A DNA stretch of 64,000 nucleotides from an uncultured Thermoactinomycetaceae bacterium (GCA_937975135.1 CALJVA010000048.1:12208-76207); one strand, 5' to 3'; counted from the stretch's first letter, positions 47,338-56,913 are shown. Translations and numbers: made by a program. Notes: generated from the sequence alone by a model not told the origin.

Positions 47338-48733
47338 ATCTAGGTCCTGACTTAGGGCATAGCTCCCGCACAACCCTTTCTAAATGAAGTTTGCGAGAAG
47401 CTTTAAAGTATATGACGGAGTGAGAAGGTGTACGCCGAAGATGGCGAATGAGATCCCGATGATTGTTAAAATGAAACACACGGCTGCGAGGCATTCCATG
47501 CCGGAGCGCTGTTTGAGATATTAATCGTGCATGTTGACCAATGGTGATTAAGCCATGAAAAGGAAGAGAAGCGACATATCTGCCAATCCGCTGGTGGGAA
47601 GCACGGGTCATTTCACCCAGCTCCAACATATCACCTAAGACGACATAAGCTGGCCGACGATTGGCTAGATAACGAACCACCTTAAGTCCAGCAATCATTG
47701 CACTGGGATTGGCATTCCAAGCATCATTGATCAAAAGGCGACCAGAATATCCATTCAACAATTGCATACGCATTTTTGGTGTATGAAAGTAGGCCAGACC
47801 ACGTTGGATATCAGCCATGCTTAATCCAAGAGCACGGGCCATTCCAATAGCAGCTAAAGCATTATAGACATTATGAACACCTAAGACTGGAATTAAGATC
47901 GGATACCGTTTTCTCCCGATGAGTACATCAAATTGCATCCCTTTCGTAGTATAGCGGATTCTTTCAGCCCGGATTGTCGCGGGATGTTGAGTTCCAAAGT
48001 AGAATACCTTTCCTTTAAAACAGCGGGTATTCAGCTTACGAGAGCGAACATCATCAGCATTGAGAAACAGTGTTCCATCACTTCGCATGCCGTCGATTAG
48101 TTCTTGTTTGGCTCGAACAACCCGGTCTACTCCTCCTAAGCTACCTGCATGAGCCTCTCCCACATTGGTGACAGCCCCCACACTTGGACGCACAATCTGA
48201 CATTGACGAGCAATATTCCGAAGAGATTTCATTCCCATTTCCAAGACCATAAGTTGATGTCGTGCTGAAAGACGAGTCAAGTAAGTGGGTAAAAAGGTGA
48301 GGGTGTTTAAGTTGCCTTCAGTCTGAACAAGTCTGTACCTACGTTTTAAAATCGCTGTTAACATAGCAGTTGTTGTTGTTTTTCCTGCACTACCTGTAAT
48401 GGCAACCACTTTTACTCGATGTTGCCGCCAGTTCCATAAAGCAAGTTGCCAATAAGCCCGAGTTGAATCATTCACTCGAATCAAGGGGATCGTGGAGGGA
48501 ACTTTCCTATATAGAGATGCAGGCATTACCACTCCCAAAGGACGAATTCGCCGGATTGCATTTAACTGTTTCGCTTGGGAAGTCTTGTGACTATAAAAAT
48601 AGAGGTCATTTCTAGTTAGGCGACTGGGTCGCCCATAATTTACCTGCCATATGATCTGATTTCTATGACCACGGATGATAGAACCACCAATAACCTTCGC
48701 GCATTGTTGGAATGTAATTGGTTTCGTAGTGAT
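47336..48733 (-). CDS. Mur ligase family protein, MurF-like paralog (no canonical start codon)
   Basis: ITGSAGKTTT, NVGEAHAGSLGG and DAWNANPSAM. The reading frame is open and MurF-N-domain-like (TTKPITFQQCAKVIGGSII...) up to 48733, but has no ATG/GTG/TTG before the internal TTG at 48538. AGGAGGG sits directly 5' of ATC ACT ACG. Confidence 0.7.
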   Translation of the reverse strand: MTTKPITFQQCAKVIGGSIIRGHRNQIIWQVNYGRPSRLTRNDLYFYSHKTSQAKQLNAIRRIRPLGVVMPASLYRKVPSTIPLIRVNDSTRAYWQLALWNWRQHRVKVVAITGSAGKTTTTAMLTAILKRRYRLVQTEGNLNTLTFLPTYLTRLSARHQLMVLEMGMKSLRNIARQCQIVRPSVGAVTNVGEAHAGSLGGVDRVVRAKQELIDGMRSDGTLFLNADDVRSRKLNTRCFKGKVFYFGTQHPATIRAERIRYTTKGMQFDVLIGRKRYPILIPVLGVHNVYNALAAIGMARALGLSMADIQRGLAYFHTPKMRMQLLNGYSGRLLINDAWNANPSAMIAGLKVVRYLANRRPAYVVLGDMLELGEMTRASHQRIGRYVASLPFHGLITIGQHARLISQTALRHGMPRSRVFHFNNHRDLIRHLRRTPSHSVIYFKASRKLHLERVVRELCPKSGPR

Positions 48734-48844
48734 CCCTCCTAACGGGGAGTCCAGGGGAAATATCCCTGTGTCGGACCATTTTTATTAAGGTATTCGTTTA
48801 CCGTTGTGAGGGTATGGGCGAAAGCTGGTGGTGAATGAAACTAT

Positions 48845-48884
48845 TTAAAAGACCTCCTTTTTCAAGTTTGGCTTAAAGGAGGTC
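48845..48884 (-). terminator. Terminator after the wHTH regulator gene
   Basis: On the minus strand: GACCTCCTTT-14 nt-AAAGGAGGTC followed by TTTTAAAT. Confidence 0.8.
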
Positions 48885-48886
48885 GA

Positions 48887-49195
48887 TTACTTCTTTATGG
48901 CTTTGCGGATTGCATCAAACTTCTCCCAATATCCTTCGATCGCAGCACGTCCCTCCGGTGTAAGATAGATTGTCGTCTGAGGGATCTTTTTTCGTAAAAA
49001 GCTTTTTTCAATTCGAACTAAGTTTCCTTGTTCTAGCTTGGATAGATGACAAGACAGGTTCCCTTTCGTTAATCCAGTTAGTTCTTGAAGGAAAAGAAAT
49101 TCGGCTAAATTGCAGGCCAATAGGGCGGTAAGAATGGAGAGCCGGGCAGGCTCATGAATCAATTTATTCAACCGAGCTAATTCCTGATAGGGCAT
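48887..49195 (-). CDS. ArsR/winged-helix family transcriptional regulator
   Basis: HEPARLSILTAL...FLQELTGLTKGNLSCHLSKLEQ is typical of an ArsR-like wHTH. Start at the ATG with GAGGTGA 9 nt upstream. Confidence 0.8.
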   Translation of the reverse strand: MPYQELARLNKLIHEPARLSILTALLACNLAEFLFLQELTGLTKGNLSCHLSKLEQGNLVRIEKSFLRKKIPQTTIYLTPEGRAAIEGYWEKFDAIRKAIKK

Positions 49196-49287
49196 CAAAG
49201 TTCTTCACCTCAATAAATAAAACTAGTCTATATTACAAACCGAAATACAGAATAAAAGCATCGATTTTCTCTACTTTAATAAAGGAA

Positions 49288-49473
49288 TTAATGACTCTGA
49301 TTTCCATCAACAATTTTTACCCGATCCAACTGTTGCTTAACCGCACCGCGAATCGCTTTTAAATACTCTTGACGGAGCCGGGCTTGTTCATTTTTTTCCT
49401 GTGGGGTAAGTCCTTCTGACTTTTGCTTACGAGCCAAGGCATTAATACGCTGAATCATTTCTGATGTTATCAT
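49288..49473 (-). CDS. DUF896 (YnzC-like) small protein
   Basis: MITSEMIQRINALARKQKSEGLTPQEK...EYL is typical of UPF0291/YnzC. AGGAGGG 7 nt upstream. Confidence 0.85.
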   Translation of the reverse strand: MITSEMIQRINALARKQKSEGLTPQEKNEQARLRQEYLKAIRGAVKQQLDRVKIVDGNQSH

Positions 49474-49620
49474 CGAAAATCCCTCCTGCTTACTCACACT
49501 TTACCTGAGAAATACTAGATTTGCAAGAGATTCTTAGGGACGAAGAGCCAATCCTACGATATAATGAATTAGTAAACCGTACCGATCTAGTAAATCGAAT
49601 CTTAGAGATGAGGTGGAAGG

Positions 49621-50610
49621 ATGAAACCATTAGGTTTTGGCCAGGTGCTTGATTATACATTTCGCACCTTTGGTCGGCGGTTTAAGATCCTCTTTCCATT
49701 AACACTCCTTCTGTGGGGGTTATTTGTTTTTGTACTTGAACTAGTAAATGTACAAACTCTTTTTATGGATGAAGAAGCGGATCTTACCATAGAGTTTGTT
49801 CTATTTTTAGTGATTGGCCTGTTTCTCATTTTCATAGGTTATGTTTTTACAAAACCAATTCTTGATAGTTCTATTGCCCATGTAACGCTAAAACAATTTG
49901 ATGGGCAACCGGTTCAATCGATCAGTGAGGCGTTACAGGGAATTAAGAGCAAAATCGGAAAAGTAATTGCCACACACTTGATCATGCTCCTTTTTATCTC
50001 TATCGGGTTCATGTTTTTAATGGGGATCGGAATTCTTATAATGGTTGTTTTTTTTGGAGTGCTCGATTCGGGGATTGGAGCTAATTTAAGTGTAGAGGAA
50101 AACATTCTCGCCACAATTGCATTTTTCTTTCTTATTCTCTTGTTTTTGATTATACTTTCGATTCCTTTAGTCTATCTCCATATACGTTTTTCATTGATCA
50201 TTCCTATTGTAGTGGCTGAAGATACTGCTTTCTTTAACGCCTTTGGTCGCGGCTGGGAGCTTACTCGTTCCTCTTTCTGGCGGATCTTTGGACTCTATTT
50301 TATTTTAAGAATCCTGATTGGCGTTGTTAACGGTGCCCTTTCCATGTTGATTACGCTTGTTTCCCTAGTCCTAATGGTGGCTAACATAACGAGTCTATCT
50401 GGGCAATGGCTCATTGGTATAGTTGTTGCTCTCTTTACCAGTGCCCTTGCCTGTATCCCTTATTCTTTAGACCCCATACTTTTTACTCTTATTTATATGG
50501 ATCGGAGAGCTACACGAGAAGGAGAGGATATTAGAGCGAAGTTAGAGCAGTGGAAAAAGGAGCATACACCCAGTGGTCCTCAGGTAGAGGGGGAGGTACC
50601 GAGTGTCTGA
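49621..50610 (+). CDS. Polytopic membrane protein (first gene of the MoxR-associated operon)
   Basis: 329 aa with about 6-7 TM helices. The N-terminus FGQVLDYTFRTFGRRF resembles GDPD-membrane-domain/DUF975-type proteins (uncertain). Confidence 0.75.
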   Translation: MKPLGFGQVLDYTFRTFGRRFKILFPLTLLLWGLFVFVLELVNVQTLFMDEEADLTIEFVLFLVIGLFLIFIGYVFTKPILDSSIAHVTLKQFDGQPVQSISEALQGIKSKIGKVIATHLIMLLFISIGFMFLMGIGILIMVVFFGVLDSGIGANLSVEENILATIAFFFLILLFLIILSIPLVYLHIRFSLIIPIVVAEDTAFFNAFGRGWELTRSSFWRIFGLYFILRILIGVVNGALSMLITLVSLVLMVANITSLSGQWLIGIVVALFTSALACIPYSLDPILFTLIYMDRRATREGEDIRAKLEQWKKEHTPSGPQVEGEVPSV

Positions 50611-51217
50611 TTACAAAAAGGCACAAGAACAGCTAAACGAAATTATGGAAACGAAGGAGTTTTCACAAGTTTCCTGGTTAGAGGAGTTGCTGCAAAAAGG
50701 AAGAGATTGGATTCACTCGATAAAGCTTTTCTTTTCCGATTTGATAAATGGATTGTTTCAAGCGGATAATGCACCTGTTTCCCTTGGCTGGCTCTTTCCT
50801 GTTTTGTTGTTTCTCATATTACTTCTCGCTTTGTGGTGGTTCGGTTCTAAATTAATCATTCATCGAGAACAAAAAGGAGAAGGAGTAAAGCAAGTTACTC
50901 AACAAAAGGGAGGAAGCCACTGGATTAAGCGAGCGGAACAGGCTGCAGCACAGGGAGTTTACCGGGAAGCGATTCGGTGTCTTTTTCAATCGGTATTAGA
51001 GAGATTGGATGAGCAAGGAGTGATTAGCCGGGCGGAAAATAAGACCAATCTTGAATACGTGGAAGAAGTAGAACGTCATCTTCCCCAGCAGGCTCCGATT
51101 TTTACAGAACTGGTTCGCCGGTTTGATCATTCATGGTATGGGTTGGCAACCGTTAATTCAGCACAATATGAACAATTTTATCAAGTGGTGCGTCAGATGG
51201 AAGGTGAAAACCAATGA
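50603..51217 (+). CDS. DUF4129-domain membrane-anchored protein
   Basis: One TM helix, then the DUF4129-like pattern (AAAQGVYREAIRCLFQSVLERL...TNLEY...FDHSWYG). GTG start overlapping the upstream stop. Confidence 0.7.
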   Translation: MSDYKKAQEQLNEIMETKEFSQVSWLEELLQKGRDWIHSIKLFFSDLINGLFQADNAPVSLGWLFPVLLFLILLLALWWFGSKLIIHREQKGEGVKQVTQQKGGSHWIKRAEQAAAQGVYREAIRCLFQSVLERLDEQGVISRAENKTNLEYVEEVERHLPQQAPIFTELVRRFDHSWYGLATVNSAQYEQFYQVVRQMEGENQ

Positions 51218-52377
51218 GAAAAAGACATCCCTGGGGCCTGATTTTATTTATGATTGCCATTCTTTCTTTGGTTGCTCTCCTTCTATCTCTGATGCCAGCA
51301 GATTTGCCGGCTTATTCTAGTGAAAGCACCAAGAATAATGGCACCAAAGCCTTATACCTTCTGTTAGAGATGCGGGGAGTTACTGTGGATCGGCTCACAA
51401 CACACTCTTCTTTACCCTCTGGCAAGGGACATGTGTTATTTATTGTAGCTCCAGAGGATGCTCAAAAGTATCGATATGAAATCGATGAATTAAAATCTTG
51501 GACAGAGAAAGGGAACACGTTAGTTTTATGGGCTTTTCCTGGGCATCCACTGCTTGGAGAATTTGGTTTCAGTGGATATTTTCGAGGAACCGATGAAGAG
51601 AAAGTTCAAGTAAAAGCACGTTCAGAGAAATGGTTAGAAGAAATTAAGACGCTCTCTTTATCTAGTGGTCATCGTGTTAGTGAAGAGGCGGAACCACTTT
51701 TGATGGATCAATCCGGGGACATCCTGATTGGTAAGATGCAATTAGGCAAAGGAAAAGTATTTTATGTTCCAGATCCCAATCTAATTACCAATGCATACAT
51801 CAACCAAGAAGACAATGTGGCGGTACCCCTCTATTTTGCTTCTTTAGCTGAGGAGGGGGTTTGGTTTGATGAGACGATCCTCTTTCCCTATCGTTCTGAC
51901 TTTCGCGTCACAATGGATGGAAAGCCCACTTTATGGGGTCTATTAGCACCAGCCAAGTTTGCACTTCTGGAAACTTTGCTACTTGTTGTTTTCTGGCTCT
52001 ATTTCAAGGGAAAACGTTTTGCAGCTCCCCGTTGGGAAAATGTAGCTCAAGTTCGTAATGCTGATGAGTATGTGGTAGCGATGGCCGGCTTGTATCGAGC
52101 AGCAGACTTGAAACATGAAGTCTTGGAAATACAGGAAGAAACTTTTCGGAGGAAGACGTCTTCTATGTTAGGTCTTTCATCGGATATCTCCGAAGAACAA
52201 CTTGTGGGTGTCATTAAGGAGACAGTTGGGGAGAACACAGCATTAAAGGCGAAGGAGCTTTTTCAGGCTCTTCAAGAGGCAAGAAGGACCTCTCTAGGCA
52301 GTAAAAAGTTAATTCGTTTGAGTCAACAAATGGAAGAAGTAAGAGAGGAGATTGAAAGATGGAAAATGAAGCGGTAA
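51214..52377 (+). CDS. DUF4350-like protein
   Basis: N-terminal TM helix, GTKALYLLLEMRG...LFIVAP...LKSWTEKGNTLVL pattern and a second TM helix. ATGA overlap with the upstream gene. Confidence 0.65.
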   Translation: MRKRHPWGLILFMIAILSLVALLLSLMPADLPAYSSESTKNNGTKALYLLLEMRGVTVDRLTTHSSLPSGKGHVLFIVAPEDAQKYRYEIDELKSWTEKGNTLVLWAFPGHPLLGEFGFSGYFRGTDEEKVQVKARSEKWLEEIKTLSLSSGHRVSEEAEPLLMDQSGDILIGKMQLGKGKVFYVPDPNLITNAYINQEDNVAVPLYFASLAEEGVWFDETILFPYRSDFRVTMDGKPTLWGLLAPAKFALLETLLLVVFWLYFKGKRFAAPRWENVAQVRNADEYVVAMAGLYRAADLKHEVLEIQEETFRRKTSSMLGLSSDISEEQLVGVIKETVGENTALKAKELFQALQEARRTSLGSKKLIRLSQQMEEVREEIERWKMKR

Positions 52378-53318
52378 CCATCGAAAGGATTGCTACAGTT
52401 TCCGAGCAGGTAATGGAAGCACTGGAATCGACAGTTGTAGGTCAAAAAAAGAATATTCGTTTGTTATGGGCCAGCTTTTTGATCGGGGGGCATACCTTAT
52501 TGGAAGGAGTACCGGGCCTTGGAAAAACCATGATGGTGCGAGCCCTTTCCCAAGTGGTCGATGCTTCCTTTGCCCGGGTTCAGTTTACACCTGATTTAAT
52601 GCCTGCGGATATGACAGGGACAAAAGTGTTTGATCTTCGTTCAGGCCAGTTTACTTTTAAAAAAGGACCTATTTTCGTCAACCTATTATTGGCAGATGAA
52701 ATTAACCGGACACCACCAAAAACTCAAGCTGCTTTGCTTGAAGCAATGGAAGAAAAGCAAGTGACCATCGATGGAGAGTCGATGCCGCTTCCATCTCCTT
52801 TTTTTGTCGTAGCAACACAAAACCCAATCGAATATGAGGGGACTTATCCACTTCCTGAGGCCCAATTGGACCGTTTTGCAGTGAAGTTAATCGTAGATTA
52901 TCCTGAAGAAGATCAAGAAGTAGCGATTTTACAAGAGCATCTTATAACCAAAGGGCGGGAAGAGAAGCTGATTCCCCTTGTAAATGCAGAGGAGATTCTT
53001 TCTTTTCGAAAAGAAATCGAAAAGATTACGGTGGAAGAATCGGTTGTTCGTTATCTAGCGAAGATTATCCGTAGCACTCGGAATCATCCCCGGGTGATGC
53101 TGGGAGCAAGCCCTCGTGCCGGTCTGGGTCTTCTCTCGCTCAGTCGGGCACTGGCAGCGATGAATGGGCGCAGCTTTGTTACACCAGATGATATTAAGTT
53201 CGCGACGCAACCTGCATTGCGCCACCGGATCGCAATCAGTCCCGATGTGGAACTGGAGGGATTAAAGACTGATGACGTCATCGAAGAAATTGTCCAGAGG
53301 ATTGAAATTCCGCGATAA
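52359..53318 (+). CDS. MoxR-family AAA+ ATPase
   Basis: Walker A GVPGLGKT, Walker B LLADEINR, VVATQNPIEYEGTYPLPEAQLDRF. Confidence 0.95.
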   Translation: MENEAVTIERIATVSEQVMEALESTVVGQKKNIRLLWASFLIGGHTLLEGVPGLGKTMMVRALSQVVDASFARVQFTPDLMPADMTGTKVFDLRSGQFTFKKGPIFVNLLLADEINRTPPKTQAALLEAMEEKQVTIDGESMPLPSPFFVVATQNPIEYEGTYPLPEAQLDRFAVKLIVDYPEEDQEVAILQEHLITKGREEKLIPLVNAEEILSFRKEIEKITVEESVVRYLAKIIRSTRNHPRVMLGASPRAGLGLLSLSRALAAMNGRSFVTPDDIKFATQPALRHRIAISPDVELEGLKTDDVIEEIVQRIEIPR

Positions 53319-54633
53319 TGCTTGGTTACCAGCTCCCCGCCTTTTAATACTTCTCCTCATCGGTATTCTCTTCACCGGCTGGGGTGTAGCTATTGGATAC
53401 GATTTATTGTTTTTTGCCTTATATAATGGGGCTCTCTTGGTTCTTATCTTGATCGAGGTTCGATTTCTTCGTTTTACTTCCTCTTTGTACGTGGAACGGA
53501 TTAGCGAACCATTTCTAGAAATCGCTCTTGATAACAAGGTTCAATTGGTGATCACCAACTCATTGCAAGTTCCACTTCATGGGGAACTGCGTGATGATTA
53601 TCCTGAAGGCTTTCAGGTAAATCAACGCACTTTGCGGTTTAGAGTACCTCCGCGTGCGAAAGAGTGTGTCCAGTATTTTTGCCGTCCACACCGCCGAGGC
53701 GAGCATCGCTTTGGAAAGATTCACCTTCGGGTTTACGGATATTTAGGGCTTCTTATCCGCCAAAGGGCAATCGAAGCTCAGGAGACAAAACGTGTCTATC
53801 CAAAGTTGACGGAGGTACGAAGGATTCGAGGAGGTATCTATCGAAAGGCGTTGTCCTTAGATGGTTCCCATAGTTTACAGGGATTAGGCCGAGGCTGGGA
53901 ATTTTCTCATCTACGAGAGTACATTCCAGATGATGAACCTCGTTTGATTAACTGGACGGTGACAGCTCGTCGGGGACATTTAGTAACCAATGTATACCAA
54001 CCGGAGAAAGGACAACAAATTGCCATCCTAATCGATTGTGGCCGCGTTATGGGAATTCATCAGGATGGGCAAACCAAGTTGGATCGGGCATTGGAAGCGG
54101 CGCTGGTCTTTGCAGCAATGGCTATTGAGCGAGGGGATCAAGTAAGCTTGATAGCTTGTTCCAACCGGATTAAAAGCATAGTTCCCCTGGGGAAGGGAGA
54201 GGGTCATCTCCAACGGATTATTGAGGCGACATATAACTTAGAACCTGACTTCGTAGAAACCGATTATCGATCAGCAATTGAGAGCTTAATCTTACGAAAC
54301 AAACGACGTTCGCTGGTGGCAATCTTTACAGATGGGAGTAACTTAACTTTTGCTGACGAACTGGTGAAATATATGCGGATTCTGCAGCGCCGACATCTGG
54401 TGATGACAGTCTCAATGCAGGATCATCGTTTGGAATCTGATGCTCGAAAGTGGCCGATAAATGAGCAGGAAGTCTTTCACAAAGCGATTGCTCAGCAGTT
54501 AACTCTGGAGCGGGAAGAAAAGTTATACCATCTCCGACGGCGAGGCATTATTGTTCTCGATGTTCCTCCTGATCAATTGGCGACAGCTGTGATTCACAAG
54601 TATATAGAAATAAAGAACCGTGCATTATTATAG
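53272..54633 (+). CDS. DUF58-domain protein (vWA-like MoxR partner)
   Basis: Two N-terminal TM helices, and a DUF58 core LREYIPDDEPRLINWTVTARRGHLVTNVYQPEKGQ followed by a vWA-like region. Confidence 0.88.
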   Translation: MTSSKKLSRGLKFRDNAWLPAPRLLILLLIGILFTGWGVAIGYDLLFFALYNGALLVLILIEVRFLRFTSSLYVERISEPFLEIALDNKVQLVITNSLQVPLHGELRDDYPEGFQVNQRTLRFRVPPRAKECVQYFCRPHRRGEHRFGKIHLRVYGYLGLLIRQRAIEAQETKRVYPKLTEVRRIRGGIYRKALSLDGSHSLQGLGRGWEFSHLREYIPDDEPRLINWTVTARRGHLVTNVYQPEKGQQIAILIDCGRVMGIHQDGQTKLDRALEAALVFAAMAIERGDQVSLIACSNRIKSIVPLGKGEGHLQRIIEATYNLEPDFVETDYRSAIESLILRNKRRSLVAIFTDGSNLTFADELVKYMRILQRRHLVMTVSMQDHRLESDARKWPINEQEVFHKAIAQQLTLEREEKLYHLRRRGIIVLDVPPDQLATAVIHKYIEIKNRALL

Positions 54634-54656
54634 CCCGCATTAGAGCGGGCTTTTTC
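54632..54656 (+). terminator. Terminator after the MoxR/DUF58 operon
   Basis: AGCCCGC-attaga-GCGGGCT followed by TTTTTC. Confidence 0.85.
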
Positions 54657-54744
54657 TTTGACCAAAATTTCCGCACTTGCCCTAGGTCAAATGGCCCGCT
54701 TTTGCATATGGTAGGAGTGTAATGAAAGATGAAGGGGTGAGCTC

Positions 54745-55002
54745 ATGGAAGAGAAGAAACTGCGACCCATTCATTATCCGCATCATCCGCACAAGCATTA
54801 TAGAGAAAGTGATTTTCATCATCTACTCAAAAAGCTGGTTGGTCGCCAAGTACAAGTTAAAACAAAATGTTGTGATGTTGGGGGAGTACTAAAATCAGTC
54901 CACCATGACTATATCGCTGTGAAAGAACACCGGCATCATCACCATGTAAGCTATATTCGTATGAAAAGTATCTGCGTTGTAACTCCGAAAGTAGATCCAT
55001 AA
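54745..55002 (+). CDS. Small His-rich protein (DUF2642-like pattern)
   Basis: 85 aa with 14 His (HYPHHPHKH, HRHHHH). The central LVGRQVQVKT...GGVLKSVHHDYIAV resembles the DUF2642 fold family of Bacillales. RBS GAAGGGGTGA. Confidence 0.6.
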   Translation: MEEKKLRPIHYPHHPHKHYRESDFHHLLKKLVGRQVQVKTKCCDVGGVLKSVHHDYIAVKEHRHHHHVSYIRMKSICVVTPKVDP

Positions 55003-55012
55003 GATACCAACC

Positions 55013-55045
55013 AAAAAAGCCGCCTCTATAGAGGTCGGCTTTTTT
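55013..55045 (+). terminator. Terminator after the His-rich gene
   Basis: AAAAAGCCGCCTCTA/TAGAGGTCGGCTTTTTT (one bulge). Confidence 0.8.
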
Positions 55046-55078
55046 AATGCGATTTTTCCCCTTTTCAGGTACAATAAA

Positions 55079-56098
55079 TTAAGAATTGCTGGTAGGGAGG
55101 GGAGGGACATCTCTCCTTTTTTCCTTTGTAAGGTGACGTACACCTTTTTTCCATGCAGGATATCCGAAATAGATCATCAGGAAAAGTAAAGTTCCCAATG
55201 CAATTAGGTATTTGCTCCAGTGCGGCCAAGGTGCAGGGGTTAGGTAGCCTTCAATGATCCCTGCAATTACTAAAAGGGGGACGACACCAAGTATCAACTG
55301 AACAGTTACTTTCCCTTCCTGTTTGTAGGACTCCATTCGTGTTCGCTCTCCTGGAACAAAAAATGCATAGGCAAGGGATAAACCTGCTGCACCGGCGATA
55401 AAGATTGCAGTGAGTTCGATTACGCCATGAGGCCAGATAAATGCCCAAAAAACATAAGATTCTCCTGCTCGATGAAAGATTGCGGCCAATGCACCAAGAA
55501 GAAAACCATTGACAATTAGCACATAGACAGTACCTACGCCAAACACAGCGCCAAAAGCGAAGCACATAAAGGCTACTTTGATATTGTTGACCATGATATA
55601 ACTTGAGGCAACATGGGGATCCCATTGATTTTGCCCCACAGAGTGAGGGTCCACACTTTCTAAAATTTCTACTGGCAAAAAAGCGTATGCATAATCAGGG
55701 TTGATCATCACTGAACCAAAAGCAAAGCATCCTGCAGTTAAAAATAGGAGTAGGGCAATGAGGAAAAAGCGTAAGCGTTCATAAAATCGGTTAGGAAAGT
55801 CACGGGTAAAAAAACGTACAATGGCTAAACCATCGCTTTTCCCTGATGTCCCGTAGATAATGTTATGAGCCCGAGCAACAAGACCATTTAAATAATGAGT
55901 AACATCATGCTGTGGAAAATAAGTTTGTGCATAAGCTAAATGGGCTGAAACTCTTCGATAGATAGATCCCAAATTGTCCAATTCTTCCTTCGATGCTTTG
56001 GTCTTATTAAAATCTTTTAATAAATCTTCAAGTTCACTCCATAGGGGTCGGTTAGATGCGATAAATGTGCCTAGCCGACCGGTCGACTTTGCAGGCAA
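55079..56098 (-). CDS. SpoIIM-family (DUF95) integral membrane protein
   Basis: N-terminal soluble helix bundle, then TM helices with the HGVIELTAIFIAGAAGL motif. TTG start after AAGGTGGAGGTG. Confidence 0.8.
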   Translation of the reverse strand: MPAKSTGRLGTFIASNRPLWSELEDLLKDFNKTKASKEELDNLGSIYRRVSAHLAYAQTYFPQHDVTHYLNGLVARAHNIIYGTSGKSDGLAIVRFFTRDFPNRFYERLRFFLIALLLFLTAGCFAFGSVMINPDYAYAFLPVEILESVDPHSVGQNQWDPHVASSYIMVNNIKVAFMCFAFGAVFGVGTVYVLIVNGFLLGALAAIFHRAGESYVFWAFIWPHGVIELTAIFIAGAAGLSLAYAFFVPGERTRMESYKQEGKVTVQLILGVVPLLVIAGIIEGYLTPAPWPHWSKYLIALGTLLFLMIYFGYPAWKKGVRHLTKEKRRDVPPLPTSNS

Positions 56099-56154
56099 AT
56101 AGATTCACCTCCACCTTTTTTATTGTACCATGAAGCAGCAGAAAGGAGCGTAAA

Positions 56155-56913
56155 ATGGAAAATCGGATTTCGATTACTACACCGGAATATATCCAACTTG
56201 AATACGAAACAGCGGGTATAGGAAGCCGTGCTTTGGCGGCAGCGGTAGATGGCCTGATTACTTATGGCTTGCCAATCCTGTTATTTTTCTTGGCTTTTCC
56301 TTTTTTCTTAGGTAACTTGATCGGGCCGCGGGGAGAAGCGATAATTTTTGCTATATTTTGGATTTTACTGTTTACGATCCCCTTGGCTTATCGGATTCTT
56401 ACTGAGTACTATATGAAAGGTCAGACCTTAGGAAAGCGTCTTATGGGTTTGCGCGTCGTCTTAGATGATGGAAGGACTCCCACTTTTTTTGCTATTTTTT
56501 TGCGTAATATTCTTTGTTATATCGATATTCTTCCTTTCGGTTATGCTTTGGGCATGATCGTTATTCTTTTTAACAAAAAAGAGAAACGAATTGGAGATCT
56601 TGTAGCGGGCACAATGGTAGTTCGTGAGAGAAAGAAAGAGAAGGAAGCCTTATTTTTAGATGTAATCCCTGAAAAAGAGGAAAAGTTCCCTGTAGATCAT
56701 ACAACATACCATAAAATCACAGATGAGCAATTTTTTGAATTGGAAAAGTTTATGGCCCGTCGTTCCCAGCTTGATCCCATTCAACGCCAAGAACTTGCCC
56801 GCTTGTTCGTGGACACCTTATTTCCTGAGGATAAAATTAATATTGGAGAGGAAGAAGCCTTTTTAGAAGAAGCTTTTACAAAGCTAAAACAGAGTCGTTA
56901 TCTAGGAGTATAA
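56155..56913 (+). CDS. RDD-family membrane protein
   Basis: AGIGSRALAAAVDGLI..., TM helices and KRIGDLVAGTMVV, which are typical of RDD. Divergent from the SpoIIM-like gene. Confidence 0.8.
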   Translation: MENRISITTPEYIQLEYETAGIGSRALAAAVDGLITYGLPILLFFLAFPFFLGNLIGPRGEAIIFAIFWILLFTIPLAYRILTEYYMKGQTLGKRLMGLRVVLDDGRTPTFFAIFLRNILCYIDILPFGYALGMIVILFNKKEKRIGDLVAGTMVVRERKKEKEALFLDVIPEKEEKFPVDHTTYHKITDEQFFELEKFMARRSQLDPIQRQELARLFVDTLFPEDKINIGEEEAFLEEAFTKLKQSRYLGV

